Shown here: piece after piece, positions 34,828 to 48,551 of the stretch
How the letters are laid out: each line of letters begins with the position of its first letter
Numbering within the stretch: position 1 is the first letter of the stretch
From: Marsupella aquatica
Taxonomy: Eukaryota > Plantae > Marchantiophyta
DNA: 64,000 nucleotides
Reading direction: 5' to 3'
Assembly (NCBI GenBank): GCA_973895155.1
Contig: OZ316893.1
Coordinates: forward strand, 23,981,420 to 24,045,419
Notes under the pieces: model-generated
What the model saw: the letters and a program-made list of their open reading frames with translations, nothing else
Told to the model about the DNA's origin: nothing
Database searches by the model: none
Program-made: the position numbers and the translations under genes

Positions 34828-37800
34828 ATGAGTGACTCGGAGGATATTGGAAGAATTGGCGTCGGTGGAGCTTCAGGATCACGACGATCAGACGGTGAAT
34901 CTGAAGAGGAGCTGCTATCATTTGAGGAGGAACTAGTGACACCGGTACAATCACCGATGCGGCGTGCAGTGGAGGAAGCTGTTCTACTACCAGAGCTATC
35001 AATAGTAGGGAAGAAGAGGGAGATGGCTAGATTTGGAAGAGTAAAGTTTGAGGTGGAGAAGTACGATGGTCGTACTGATTACTTGCTCTGGAAGAAGCAA
35101 GTGAAGGGTGTTCTACGGGCCATGGGCTTAGCTCATCTGCTTTCATCGCAAGAGCAGTATGATGGAGAGAAGGAGATTTCTATGAGACAGTGGAGACAGG
35201 AGCAGGTGATTGCTGTCAATGCAGTGATGCTATATCTCAAGCCGCACATCATCAAGCAGGTGGATGATTATGCGGATTGCGCGTCACTGTTCAAGGCTCT
35301 AAGAGAGAAGTACTACCGGGAAGATGTGTCAGACCGGCTGTACAAGAAGTCTCTCTTGATGAGCCTCAGACTCAAGGAAGGGAGCAAGATGCAGGATCAC
35401 CTGGATGAATTTGACAGTCTAGCGGTGGATCTGTCAAACCTAGGAAAAGGAGTTGAAGATGAGGATAAGGCCTTGCTTCTGCTAAGCTTCTTATCGCCGT
35501 CTTATTAGGGCTTGAAATAGGTTCTCTTGTACAGAGATTTGAAGTCCATTTCGTATAATGAGGTGGTGAGCTCTTTACTGTCTGATGATGCTCAGAAGAA
35601 GCTGGGTCAATCATAGACAGCATCTTCTTCTGGCACTGCGCTCAATGTGAACAGGGAAAGAGCAGCGCAGCTCACAAATGGGCAGAACAGGTTTAGATCT
35701 ACATCACGGGGGAGATCTAAATCCAGAGGGAAATCGCAAGAGAGGAAGCCTCTTGCATGTTGGAATTGTGGCAAGCCTGGCCACATGAAAAGAGATTATC
35801 GAGTAAAGGTCCCTACTGCATCTGCTAACTCGGCATCGAGCTCGCATGAGGTAGATTTACTCGATGATGATGACATATTGTGATGCCAAGGTTATGCTCT
35901 TAACGTAGTGTCCAATCCAGGTAGTGATGACTGGATTCTAGATAGTGCATATACTTTTCACATTTGCTCTAGGAGAGATTTTTCAGTTCTTACACGGTTT
36001 CCAACGGGTCAGTGTTGATGGGAAATGGAATCCCATGTCAAGTTGTTGGACTTGGATCTGTAAGATTTCAGATGTTTGATAGTGCTGTGAGAACGTTGAG
36101 GAATGTGAGACATATTCCCAGCATGATGAAAAATCTCATTTCACTTGGAGTTTTAGAAGCAAATGGCCATCAGTGGAGTTCTGCTAATGGTGTCCTTCAG
36201 GTTTCAACTGATACTAAAGTTGTATTGAAGGGAAAGAGACATTGCAATCTTTACGTTTTGGAGGGCAGTGTAATTTGTGATGAAGCCAATGTAACCTTAT
36301 CTCATGAGGAGACGGCCCGGCTGTGGCACTTCCGTTTGGGCCACATGAGTGAAAAGGGTTTGGCTATTCTTCACAAGAAAGGATTACTTTCTAATTTGCT
36401 ATCTTGTAAGTTGGAATTTTGTGAGCACTGTGTGCTAGGGAAGTAACACAGAAAACCCTTTGGAGTTGGAACTCACACTGTCAGCAAGGAGGTACTTGAG
36501 TATATACATAGTGATGTGTGGGGTCCAGCCCCTACTCCCTCACATTTTGGACGGTTATACTATGTCACGTTCATAGACGATTACTCAAGGTATGTGTGGA
36601 TATACTTTCTACACAGTAAGTCTGATGTTTTTGCCACTTTTAATGAGTGGAAAGCCCACGTTGAAAATCAAACTGGTAATAAGGTGAGATATCTTCGATC
36701 GGATAACGGCGGTGAATACAGTTCCGGGGAATTTGGAACGTATTGTAAGGAGCAGGGGATTACCCGCCATCTCACAACAAGTTTTACTCCTCAGCAGAAT
36801 GGTGTTTCTGAGAGACTCAACCAAACACTATTGGACCGCTCAAGGAGTATGTTGAGTCAATCATGCTTACCAAATGAGTTTTGGGCTGAAGCTGTCAACA
36901 CTACAGCTTATTTGGTAAATTTTTCTCCATCCAGTTCTATTGGATTCAAGACGCCATTTGAAATGAGGTACGGGCGTCCAGCAGATTACTCACATCTAAG
37001 GATTTTTGGATGTGATGCTTATGTGCTTACACCTTCCCAACTTCGATCCAAGCTGGAGTCCAAGTCGAAGAAGTGCATTTTCCTTGGCTATCAGAAAGGT
37101 GTGAAGGGTTATAGGTTATGGGATCCAATAACCTGTAAACTAATTGTCAGTAGAGATGTGTCCTTTAATGAGTCCAGATCATCAAAGAAGGGGGAGAGTT
37201 CTCAGGACTCCCATACTAACAAGGGGAAATCTCCCATCCCGGACCGGGTTGAGGGGGAGATTAGTCATGATGCTGTTCATGACAAGAGAGATGGAGAAGC
37301 TTCGGGCTTGGAGCTGGTTCCTGTGATGGAACAAGAGGAGCAGATTGTTGCTGGGGTACCTCAAATTCAACCAGCAGCAGCAGATCAGCCTGAGTCATCT
37401 ACTAGAAGAACTTCCAGTCGTTCTACTAGAGCTCCTACCAGGTATGGTCAATGGGCAGACTCATCTAAGCTAGATGATATTGACATTGCACCTGATGATG
37501 ATGATATGGTTTTGATCTTGGAAGAAGGAGAGCCTTCTTCGTACAGTGAGGCTTGTGCTTCATAGCAGAAGCATGAGTGGAATGCAGCAATGCAAAGGGA
37601 GTTGCAATCTTTGAGTGACAACAAGACATGGGAACTGGTGGAGCTTCCAAGAGGTCAGCAAGTGGTGGACAGCAAGTGGATTTACAAGTTGAAAGACAGT
37701 CCTTCAGAGGGTGGAGATAAGATCTACAAGGCAAGGCTTGTTGCCAAGGGGTTCACTCAGGAGAAAGAAGTGGATTACAATGAGGTCTTTTCACCGGTGG

Positions 37801-39067
37801 CTAAGTATTCCACAATACGGATCTTGTGTCAGCTTGTTGTGTTTTTTGGTCTGGTGATGGATTAGATGGATGTTGTTACTGCTTTTCTCTATGGCAACTT
37901 GGAAGAGTTGATCTTCATGAGACAACCACTAGGCTTTATGAAGAAGGGACAAGAGAACTTAGTTTGCAGATTGCTGAAGTCCTTGTATGGATTGAAGCAG
38001 TCTCCCAGACAGTGGAACAAGCGGTTTGATGATGATCCTTGTGTGTATACGAAATCAGTCAAGAATGATGTATTTGGTTTCATCATTCTAGTGATCTATG
38101 TGGATGACATGCTGATTGTGGCTAAAGATCAATCTGAGGTTGACAGTCTCAAGGCAAAATTGAGTGCTGAATTCAGGATGAAGGATCTTGGTAAGGCCAA
38201 GAGGATCTTACGGATGAAGATTTTTAGGAACTCTGAGACTAGACAGTTGTGCTTGAGTCAAGGCCAATATGCGAGGAAAGTACTTGCACAATTCAACATG
38301 GAGAACTGTAAGCCAGTGAGTATTCCTTTAGCTTCACATTTCAAGTTATCATCGGCTTTCTCTCCTACGGATGCTGTGGAGAAAGGTCTGATGGCTAAGA
38401 TTCCTTATGAGAAAGCAGTAGGCAATCTGATGTATTTGATGACTTGTACTAGGCCTGACTTGGCTCTAGCGATGGGCAAGGTTTGCAGATTTATGTCAAA
38501 TCCAGGGAAGGTACATTGGGAAGTTGTGAAGTGGATTCTTAGGTATCTGAAGGGAACACAGGACTATGGATTACTATTTGATAACCGATCAAATAGAACG
38601 TTAGTTGGCTATGTAGATTCTGAATATGGAGGCTGTCTGGATACAAGGAGGTCTACAACTGGGTTTGTATTTACTCTTGGAGGAGGATGTATCAATTGAA
38701 AATCTACCTTGCAGAAGTGCATATCTCAGTCTACTACAGAAGCAGAGTATGTTGCAGCAGCAGAAGCAGCAAAGGAAATAATTTGGTTGGACAAGTTGAT
38801 CGCGGAGATGGGTTTAGAGCATGGCAAATGACTCTAAACTGTGATAGTCAGAGTGCTCTTCACTTGGCTGCTAACCAGGTGATGGATAGCAGGGTGAAGC
38901 ACATTGATATCAGGTACCATTTTATCAGGCTGCAAGCAGTGTCTGATAAAACTTTTGAGCTAGTCAAGATTGATGGAAAGCTCAATCCCACTGATGCCTT
39001 TACCAAAGTGATTCTTTTGGAGAGTTTCTCAAGACACCGTGCTACTTTGCAGGTTTTGCAGTTGTAG
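34828..39067 (+). pseudogene. Disrupted copia gag-pol polyprotein
   Basis: gag FEVEKYDGRTDYLLW; Zn knuckle CWNCGKPGHMKRDY (last Cys lost); protease WILDSA; GAG-pre LWHFRLGH; integrase FIDDYSR, LRSDNGGEY, PQQNGVSER; RT YKARLVAKGF, LYGLKQSPRQW, YVDDML; RNase H KHIDIRYHF. Stops at about 35506, 35518, 35881, 36444, 37563, 37863 and 38697, plus frameshifts and a short in-frame deletion near 38030. Confidence 0.97.
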
Positions 39068-39259
39068 TACAAGTAGAGTTATTTAGCAATGTGTGACTAT
39101 TTGTATATGGATTACTCATTCTTGTTTGGCTACGGCTTCTAGTTAACCCTTAGTTAACCCTTGTGGTTTTTAGGGGGAGACCTAGTTTGGTGATTGTCTA
39201 GAACTTCCCGCTGAGGATTCCATATGGTAGCATTTAGTCCAGTCCCCAAGACAAGAGTC

Positions 39260-39270
39260 AAGGGGGAGTT
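39260..39270 (+). promoter_or_regulatory. Polypurine tract
   Basis: AAGGGGGAGTT immediately before the 3' LTR. Confidence 0.9.
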
Positions 39271-39614
39271 TGTTAGATATTGCTCTAGTCTTGTGACTCA
39301 TGAGCTAACTACAGTTAGGCTAACTCGGGTTAGGACTTAGCTAATGTTAGCGGTAGTGCTGTTGTGCATATAGCCAGGGCTGATGCTAGACCCCGGTGGA
39401 ACTTAGGTTCATTGTTACGGAGCCAGTTGAGAGATAGGGAGAGCTTGTGCTGTGGATGTTTGGTATGGCCGGTCGGCCTAGAGTGCAGTAAAGCTCTTGT
39501 GTGTTCCCGTGGACGTAGCCTCATGTGGAGGTGAACCACGTATCTCTCTGTGTCGACTCTTGTGCGTTGGATGGTTCATGGGCTTGCCGTTGCGAATGTC
39601 GTCTATGTTCAACA
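39271..39614 (+). repeat. 3' LTR
   Basis: 344-bp direct repeat of 32693-33036. Confidence 0.97.
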
Positions 39615-40335
39615 ATTTGCAGATTGAGTGGTCCATACAAGCAACTTGTCTAATGTGGTGGTCCACTTCTGTTTCAATTTGGGATTACTATCTAAGCAGA
39701 AAAATTTGGATTGATATGACTCTTCACTGTTTGTGGAGGTCATTGTAGTAAGGGCAAACTTGTGCAAAATGGTTGTAATCAAAAGCGGGCATTTTCCCAA
39801 TGTGGAAATAGAGCATCAGCAATTCTAGTCAATGGGAAATGCATATCAATTCTTAGAGCACTCCCAACAGTGCATGGTGAACTGACTCGCCAAATTTGCA
39901 TGCCCAAAGTGGCAAGTCTCTTTTGACCCAGGCCACCAGCCAGGGTTCCTCCCCCTCCCCCCCCCCCCCCTTAAAATTTTACCCCACCACCAATTATGGG
40001 CTAAAAATGTAACAAGGATGGGTGTTGGGACCACCCTGAGTGATGATATCTTCCAAAAATGGATCGCAGACCCTGCAAAGGGATGGCAGACAACTACTTC
40101 CTGCAAGCTTATGGAGTAGGTGTGGAGTGTGGGCTCAAGGAAAGGGGGCAAGGGGCGTCCTGTAATGTATTTAATTAAGGGTGGGGAAACACTTCTGGCT
40201 CCAAATTGCCAAAGGCATCCCAACAGGTCTGTTTGGCAAACAGGTGGGAGTGGAACTGGAGGGATAAGAAAGGAGGAGCCCCAAAAAATTAGGGGCGAGG
40301 GACTCTTTTCCCCCCTAAATTCTCATCTAGACTTT

Positions 40336-40344
40336 AAACCCTAA
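40336..40344 (+). promoter_or_regulatory. Telo-box AAACCCTAA upstream of URB2
   Basis: Lies about 80 nt before the ATG. Telo-boxes are characteristic of plant ribosome-biogenesis and translation gene promoters. Confidence 0.6.
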
Positions 40345-40420
40345 ATCCTGGCCGGGTTCTTCCGATAAACCCTCACTCCATTTGGTGATGAGCTGAATAA
40401 TCAGCACGGATTGTTTGGCG

Positions 40421-43400
40421 ATGGTGGCGACAAAGTCTGCGGAATCGCGTGGATTGGCTCTAGGACCAGACACGGAAATGGTGATTCTTGAAGGGGAAGA
40501 TCGGAGCCTGGAAGATGAAGGTCTGCGTGAGAAGGCAGTGAATCCAGTTTCCAACCTCGAGCTCGTTCGAAAGCTGCAGGATCCCAAAGCGCCGAGGAGC
40601 AGGTTTGCATCCATTACACGAATTCTTCGTCAGACATACATTTTGTGCTGGTAGCAGGAGCCGGAAATTCAGCTCCGTTTTTATCTTAAGAAAATGTTTG
40701 CGAGTCAGAAATTTATCGAATTGTCATCGTTGATTTTTTTGCGAAAATCAAATTTTCAAGCAAATTGTTGCAGTGCATATGCGTAAGAGGGAATTCAGAG
40801 GATTGGCATTTCAGACAGCTCACGGTCGATGTTGCCATCCATGACACGAATCTCATCGGACAAACATATATGTGCTGATAGCAGCAGTCGGAAATTCAGT
40901 TCTGTTTTATTCTAAAAAAACTATTCTAAAAAATAGTTTGGGAGTCAGAAACTAATCGAACTGACATCGTTGATTTTTATGCGACTAAAGGTTTGCACCG
41001 CAAAGTGTTGCAGTATCATACTTAAAGGGAACGCAGAGGATTGGCATTTGCACGCAGCTTATGGTTGATGCTTCCTCTTTTGATGAATTTCTGTCCATGT
41101 ATGTACTGTGCAGGAAAATCGAAGAAGCTTACAGTTTCATAATAAATCTAGAGAGTCTTGACAGACGAGATGCTAATCAAACCCAGTACAGAGTTGTCAT
41201 GGCCATGCCACAATTTGTGACATTTCTCTCAGAATGGGTGCAGTCCGGAGTTCTCTGGTCATCCAAGCCACAACAGCTCAACAAAATTAAGGATGATCCA
41301 GAGGGAGAAGAATTGCACAGAGGAGCTCCTGCCCATTTAGATGCACGATACTGGGAAATTTTAAGGTGGTGCCTTTCATCTGGACATCTTCACAAGTTTG
41401 CCAGTGTGTCCTCCAGCCTCATGAGGCCACTGAATCTTTATGTTATTGCATTAACAGAAACTGTGGGTTCTTCCGAAGGCGACCTGGATCATCCGAGTAA
41501 GGTTGAATTGCCTGCTTCCCTAACAAAAGAGTCTGTACAATCCGTTGAGGTCTTACTTCTCGCCAATGAGAGGTCGTTTCGCCCAGATTTGGACCATTGG
41601 GTGTCTATGGCGTCAACCGCGCTTTCAAAACTTTCCAGTCTCAATGAATTTCACCAGGACGAAAGAATGATTAGTCCAGCAGTACGGCTGATCGTATGCA
41701 TTCTGGAAGGGTTTGCTCGATTTGTCTCAATTCATCCCAACCGCAGAAAGATCTTCACGAGCCTCACTGAAAATCTGCTCGAATCTCTCCTCATAGCCCA
41801 TGGAATCCTCACCAATCAGTGTCCTCAAGTTTCTCTCAGTTCCAAGGAAAGCTCAAGTTGGCTTCGTAGGCTTCTCCAAACTCTTCAGGATATTCTGGAG
41901 AAGAGCTTATTTCATGTAGCTCATGTGGGCTCCTTCCAAGACGTCTGTACAGCGCTGGCAGGAAAAGGAAAAGGAAAAGGGGACCTTGACATAGAACCAG
42001 AGGTCACGGAGAAGAAACGGAAGAGGAAGAATTCGAGTAGAGATAGCAATGGGGACGTGGAAGAAGAGGAGAAAGAGGCGCATTTGAGCTACCATAGGCT
42101 GCTGTTCAAAAAGCTGGACAGTTTCAGAAGAAGAGAACTTGAGGGAGCATTAATGGAGCATTACTGGGTGTTTGAGACATTTTCAAAGAGTTTCAAAAGT
42201 CATCAAGCTGCTGAAGACATTGATATGTTTGGCATTAAAAGTAAAGGAAAGCCACAGTCCGAAGAGGAGGAAACTGGTAAACTGGTGCATGATGGTCAGT
42301 TGGTCGATAAGAAAGACCGAAATAGTGAAGCTTTATTCATCGTCTTTGCTGAATTTATTGGTCCTTTGATTGAGGACTTAAAATCTTTGCATGTCTCTCT
42401 CATGTCACGTGAATCTAGTCCTTCTCGGCAACAGATTGCTTCTGCGAAAGTGTTAATGGGTGCAGTTGCTGAGCTTCTCAAAGTTGCAAAGACTGAGAAC
42501 ACCTATGTTCCGACAGAAGATAGTCCTACTCAGGCGCACTTCTCGTTTCTACACAGCTGTTTCAATACAATGGTTGGGATTGGTAAATCCTTGCCGAGCC
42601 TCTTAGGGTGCACAGGAGCCAAGTTACATGAGGAAGGGAAAGAAATGCGACTTGGGAGCCCAAGAGAAAATATGGACGAACACAGCCTGAAAGCTTTGTT
42701 ATCAGAAATCCTACGGGAGATGATTACTGCTTTGAAACATTTGATAGAACTTGATTATAAGGTAGTTGAAAACACGCTAGGGGATCTCTGGGTCATTCTT
42801 TTGGCAGAGGCAGCCCTTCAACAGGCATCCAGAAGAGACTGCCTGTCTATTGATGGTGCACTCAACTATAAGAAGCAAGAAGCAGTTGAAGTAGCTTGTC
42901 ATATCATCAATATTTTCAGTGACCTTCGGCAGGTACTAATCAGAATCACGTATGTCAACTTCAGGCATGTCATTCTACACATAATGATGGCCATCTTGGA
43001 CTCTGCTAGCTTCTTCATTTTCAAACTGCACCGGATAATGGGTCTTTGCCTCCTCTGACGTGTTTTACAATTTGAATCTTTTTCAGGTTGATCAAGTTTT
43101 GTTTTCCCTTTGTGTGACTTTGAGGGGATTCATGTCACAAGGTTCTGGGGTTTCTGGTACTGGAAAACAGACCACTGCAAACAATATGGCGACAGGTTCG
43201 TGGTTGACCGTTCTCAATGTCGAAGCCATTGAGTTCTTGGTTTGTGCCAAGCCACTCTTGGTAGCTATATCATCGGCGATGCAGGCACTACCGGACGGTC
43301 AGGTACCTGAATTTCTCAGGTTATTGACAGGAGATGCTCTGGAAAGCATCACCCTGATAGATATTTCGGACGATTACAATCAGACGCTAGGACCAGGCGA

Positions 43401-46400
43401 TGAGCAAAGTGGACAAAGATGTGTCACCGTAGGTCTAAAGGGATTAGTAGAATTGTATTGTTGCATGCTGGAAAACGTCAAAATAATAAGTACCAACAGT
43501 ATACAAGCTGGTAAAGCTGTTCGCCAGTTTACGATGCAAATTGTCACCCCAAAATTAGTTCAGCGTATTGACTTCTTCACTCTCTCTGAAAAGTCTGAGG
43601 ACAGTTTGCTGACCACTTGGACATTGGTGTTTTTGCTTAGATTGTATATCGTAACTCAGAGTTTACATAGGGAATGTATATCTTTAATGCCTCCTAAAGC
43701 TGCGAAGAAGGTATGTACAGCACTTGATGGTCCCGTAATAGATTATCTCAGTGGTGACATTACAGATATCCTCACACGCTTTGGTACTGCAAGTTTTTTC
43801 TCAGGTGTGGGCCGAGGGGCAGTTAGAGTATCTGTCTTTTTAGACGGGATACAGAAAAGAAGAGATGTCCAGGAGCTTGTAGACTGTCCGGCGCTCTGCC
43901 TTTCACTAGATTGTATTGCTCTACAAAGTCTTGCGCAAATTTCTAGACAGATTGAAGCTGCACGCTTTCTCCTAGTTAGGTGTAAAGAAGTTTCAACTGT
44001 GATGCAAGGCGTTCAAAAAAAATTGCAGAAGCTTCTAAAAGATCTGAAGAAAGAAAGTCAAAAGCTGGCAAAGTTTTTGCTGACGGGACTAGTACTGGAG
44101 GCTAGCATCACTGAAGATACATTGCCCGTTCAAAGATGGAACCTTTTATGCAAGTCCTTTGACATTTGGGCAAAGTATGCTGCTGAGGAGGACTTGAGAA
44201 AGTTCATTGTCTGTCTTTTCTCAACCTCTTTGGATGTACAGTCAATGAAAACTACGTCCGAAGAACAGATTACTGATTCGAAGCTCGTGAGTCACGAGGA
44301 CTATAGTAGGCAGATCACAGATGATCTTTTATGCAACGCCCTATTCTACGAGGAAGAGGTAGGCAATTGTGGAATAGAAGTAATCCCTTTTCCATCACCT
44401 TCCTATGAAAGAGTCAATGGCGGCAAGTTGAGGGCCTTTTCTGACACTTGGTGCTATTTTACTATTTACTTCCTTAATGTTTGTCAAATTGCAGTCATTT
44501 CGCAGGATATTTCCTTCGACATTTCGGGAAGAACTCAAAAAGTTGTCACTGGCCGCTTTTGGCAAATGGCCTTTTCAATCATACACACCAGATTCCTTGC
44601 CAGCACTTGATTCTATGAAGGAGAAGCTATTAAGCCACCAGTCCAAGAACAGATGGAGCGACGCACATCTGAATGCTGTAGACCGTTGTGTTGGGCTGCT
44701 GGGTCACCTCTCAGCACTACCAGCAGGGTACATCGAATTGAGTGACTGTGCCACATGCGCACACACATTGTTATGTTTTGAAAGGTATTTAGCCCCGCCT
44801 TATTCTCTGAAGCTCATCATAACATGTAGCGGTTTAATGTGACTTTGAGGAACTGATCTTTAAGCAAGGAGGCAACGAGAGCAAACAAAGCTCAGTTCAA
44901 GATGAACTAATTGAAGATTTGCAATTGGTGTTTCCGTTGAACTCTTCCTGTAGATTGCTGTTGAGCAGCCTTCTCGATCTGAGAGCACCATATGAAAGTG
45001 AAGAACGTGTGAAATTATCAACGGTCTTCAAGTTGCTCAAGGCTTTCTCTACTTGTCGGTCTGCTCTGCGGGCTTTAACTTCGTCAGACGCATTGAACGC
45101 CAGCAACTCAATGCTTATGGATGTCCTTGCTGGAAGTTTTTCATCCATTCAGTGGTTGTCATCATCAGCTCAGGAAGCCATGATATCGTTTGTGGACATT
45201 TTGGAGTGCAGCAAGTTGCCTGCGCAAGAAAGGAAAGACTTGATAGCCTCTGGAAAGAGTCTTCTCTATGCAATACTGATTAGTACGACATCTCTTGTAA
45301 CTTACTTGTCGGAGCAAACTTTTATGATTGAACTTTCCATTACTCCGAAAGTAGACCGAGATGAAGGTATTCTAGATAAGGTGATTGGTTACCAAATAGG
45401 AATGGTAGACCAGCTAATAAGCGGCAGTTTTGGAAGTGAACTATATTTTGCACAACATGAAGTGGACGGTTGTGGTAATACATCTGGTTTTGGGTACAAT
45501 ATGAAAGGTTGTTTTCAATGCCTGGCACTCTCGTCTTCCCTATCCAGCTACTTCTGGAGTTTGGGAAAGTTTTCTGAGGAGTTTGTGAAGGATGGTACCT
45601 CTCAGAACAAACCTTCTGTCTGGCCAATTCCATCAATTGGCCTTGCACGGAAACACGGCGTTATTCTCACTAAAACTGTGTTGGCCGCCCTTGTCCCTGC
45701 TCGCTCACATGCTGTGCTTCTACTTGGGGAACATGAAGGGGAGTATGAGTCTGCAACTGATGAGACTGAAGTATTGTACATTGCAAAATGGAATCTTCAG
45801 ATACCGCTGCTTGAGAGTATGTTGCAAGCAAGCTCCAGCAACAAGTCCGAATTCATTGGGGAGCTTTATTTGGCCATGGCTGGTATCTTAACTCTCGAAA
45901 GCATAAACTACGGTGGTTCTGCTCAGTCTTCGGACAATGGTAGTCAGTTTCAAGGGGGTCTACCTCCAGATGTGAATCTTCTCATGGGAGCAGGTTACTG
46001 GCTTTTAATGAAAGCAGCTGACGATACTCAACCTCGTCATTGGTCACATTTAGGCTGGCTTCTAGGAGTGGTGAAATATATGGAGGCCGTATATTGCTTG
46101 ACGCCTCATATGAAACCTCCCTTACCACCATTGGCTTTCAGCAAACTTTTTGCGATGCACGTCCACCTCCTTGGATCGCTGACTTCTTCGGAAGAGCAAT
46201 TTCATAGCCTGAAGTCGCCTTACCCACTGGACGCTGAAGATCAACATGGTACTAGGGTTGGCCAACGTACTGAAGTTGGCAGATCACGCACCAAAGATAC
46301 CACAGCAACTTCACCTAGTTCTCTTAGAACTGCTGTTAGAGAGTCTTTAGGAACTCTACTACGAACGGCTTCCCGGCAACACTCAGTCCTGGCCCTGCAA

Positions 46401-48551
46401 TCTATCATGAGAACATTGGTCGGGGTATCAGACTCCAACCATGGTTCTGGCTTGGAAATCTGTGGACTTGAGGATGGCAAGTTGGGGAGGGGAGTTGCTG
46501 CTGGCATCGAGTGTCTCTCAATTGCCCTGGAAGCTGTCTCAGGTGGAGCCCTCCTTCCATCTCACCAGGGAAATTGGCTCACAGTTGAATGGCCAAGGTG
46601 CTAAGTCTAAGACTCCCCAGTTGCCCATTTCTCAATACAGCACTAATCTGTTTTATGTCGCTGTGCAGGTACCAAACGCCTGAGGTTACTTGCAAACCAC
46701 TTCCATGAGTTCTTCGGTGCCATTTTCAATATCATGGAGTACGTACGAGGGCCACATTTGTTCTTCGGGGCAGAGTCAACTATTTCTCATGGTGATAGCG
46801 GTGAAGCGGACGCCGTAAGTAGGCTGTGTCAAAGGACGGTGGATTCAGGGCCTGTTGTGCTTCAGGCACTTCAAATTTTGGTCACTACTGCATCACGAGA
46901 CACCATTTTCCCGATGAAGGCTTGTCATGTAGCACTGGCTTTGCACTGCCCTGCGAGGTTGTTCTGGCCTGTGTATCGCTCTGGATTGTCAAAGTTCAAG
47001 TTCATCCAAAGTCACTCAGCAGCCGAGCGACGACCTGGGCTAGGAAATGTTTACCAGGCCAAGGTGACTGGCGTGATAAGAATAGGGACTGAACTTGGGG
47101 TGAAGCTTTACGTTTCATGCTGCCGGTTGCTCTGTAGCGTTATTCGACATCATAACAGGTACAGTAGCTTATCTGGGCAGAGTTACTGTTGCCTCAACCT
47201 GTGTTTACTGTTCAATAACGTTACACCAGTGACGCATGCAATGCGTATAGATTTGGCCAGCAATGAATTGATGAATTTCGTCTCTCTTGTAGGGAGAGTG
47301 GACATTGCATTGCTCTTCTTGGAGACTCTGCTCGTGTATTGTTGCACTGTTTAGAATCTTCCAACTGGCCTTCATCAGACTTAGGTGGTATCAAAGATTG
47401 GGGTACAAAAATGGCAGCATATTGTGCGAGTTGGCTTCGACGGATTTATGAGGAGGTTAGTTTATGCAACTTCTGTTTTTTCTATTTCTTTTCCAGTGGA
47501 AGATTAAGGAACCCGGAATCTAATGCATGTCAAGGGCTTGAACATATCATTACAAGGAACTGTTGTTCAAGGTTCAAACCAGTCACTGGATTAGACAATC
47601 ATTAATTCTAGAGGACTGCAGTGCCTTTTCATTGCAGATTATTTGGAACTCACGATATTTCAAAATCCATGCAGATGGGTGAACATAAGGAGACATTAGG
47701 AAAATATTGCGCGCACTTTCTGTCAGACTATGTCTCTGTGCTCTCCGGCCATGGCCCCCACGCGGCTGGTTTGATAAGGTATCTTGTTGTCAGGCTTACA
47801 CCCGGCGTGACCCAGAAGGATGTCTAGTACTATTTGTTATCCCATTAAGTCGAAAGGAAGACATTGTTGCATGGCATCAAGTTTCGGACATAATATTTCT
47901 GATACTGAAATTGTTGTGGGTTTGGCATTTTATTACTACATCAATCATACATTGCTAGTAACTGCAACATTTCAAAAGTAACCGAATAATTCCGCAGGAA
48001 ACTACAATAGAAAAGGATAGAAAACCACGGGCTTCACCAGACCACCAATCCTGCAATCAGAACGCATGTCGGAGTTGAAATATGTCATCTGAGAGAGGTG
48101 TTTCTAAACTTGCAGGGAGGTAGAAGCTGCTCTACAACCTGGGGCTTATGTTTTAGTTGATGCATGTTCAGCAAATGATCTTCAGCAACTACATGCTTCT
48201 CTCGGAGGTAAAGTACTGTCCTTCTTACTCTCTGAAGTAAACTGTGTCCAAAATCACACACAGACGTAGAGGAATATTTTATTAATCCTTGTTACATGTG
48301 TAGATAATCATATGAAATTGTAATTATGTGAACAGTGTTGCTTCCTCATTCTCAGTTGAGTCTTGTATTAGGAACTCTAAAGTGAGCAAATGTAAATGTC
48401 CACAACTTAATATATTGCTGTTGTGGATGAAGACCAAAAATGTCGAGGTTCCTAATGTCAACTGTACTCTGCAGAAGGACCACGGCGGACTGCACTCTTG
48501 AATTTGAGACGGCAATATCAGCAGCAATTTAAGTATACAGGAAAAGTCTAG
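40421..48551 (+). CDS. URB2: Nucleolar pre-ribosomal-associated protein Urb2/Npa2
   Basis: 10 phase-consistent exons: 40421-40602, 41114-42932, 43087-44358, 44495-44784, 44954-46542, 46669-47158, 47293-47455, 47675-47778, 48116-48207, 48475-48551. C-terminal Urb2 signature CASWLRRIYEE...EAALQPGAYVLVDACSANDLQQLH...QFKYTGKV*. Confidence 0.93.
40606..41072. repeat. Diverged ~230-bp tandem duplication filling URB2 intron 1
   Basis: Two colinear copies share CATCCAT.ACACGAAT, CGGAAATTCAG, GAGTCAGAAA, CATCGTTGATTTTT and CAGAGGATTGGCATTT. Confidence 0.85.

Larger units (their letters stand above)
32693..39614 (+). mobile_element. Full-length, decayed Ty1/copia LTR retrotransposon (Tnt1/Tork-like)
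   Basis: 344-bp TG...CA LTRs (32693-33036, 39271-39614), TSD ATTTG (32688-32692, 39615-39619), tRNA-Met(i) PBS, PPT, and domain order gag-PR-INT-RT-RH. Confidence 0.98.

Noticed and set aside
41061-47827. Several separate genes suggested by the ORF track
   Set aside because: All splice in phase into the single URB2 gene.
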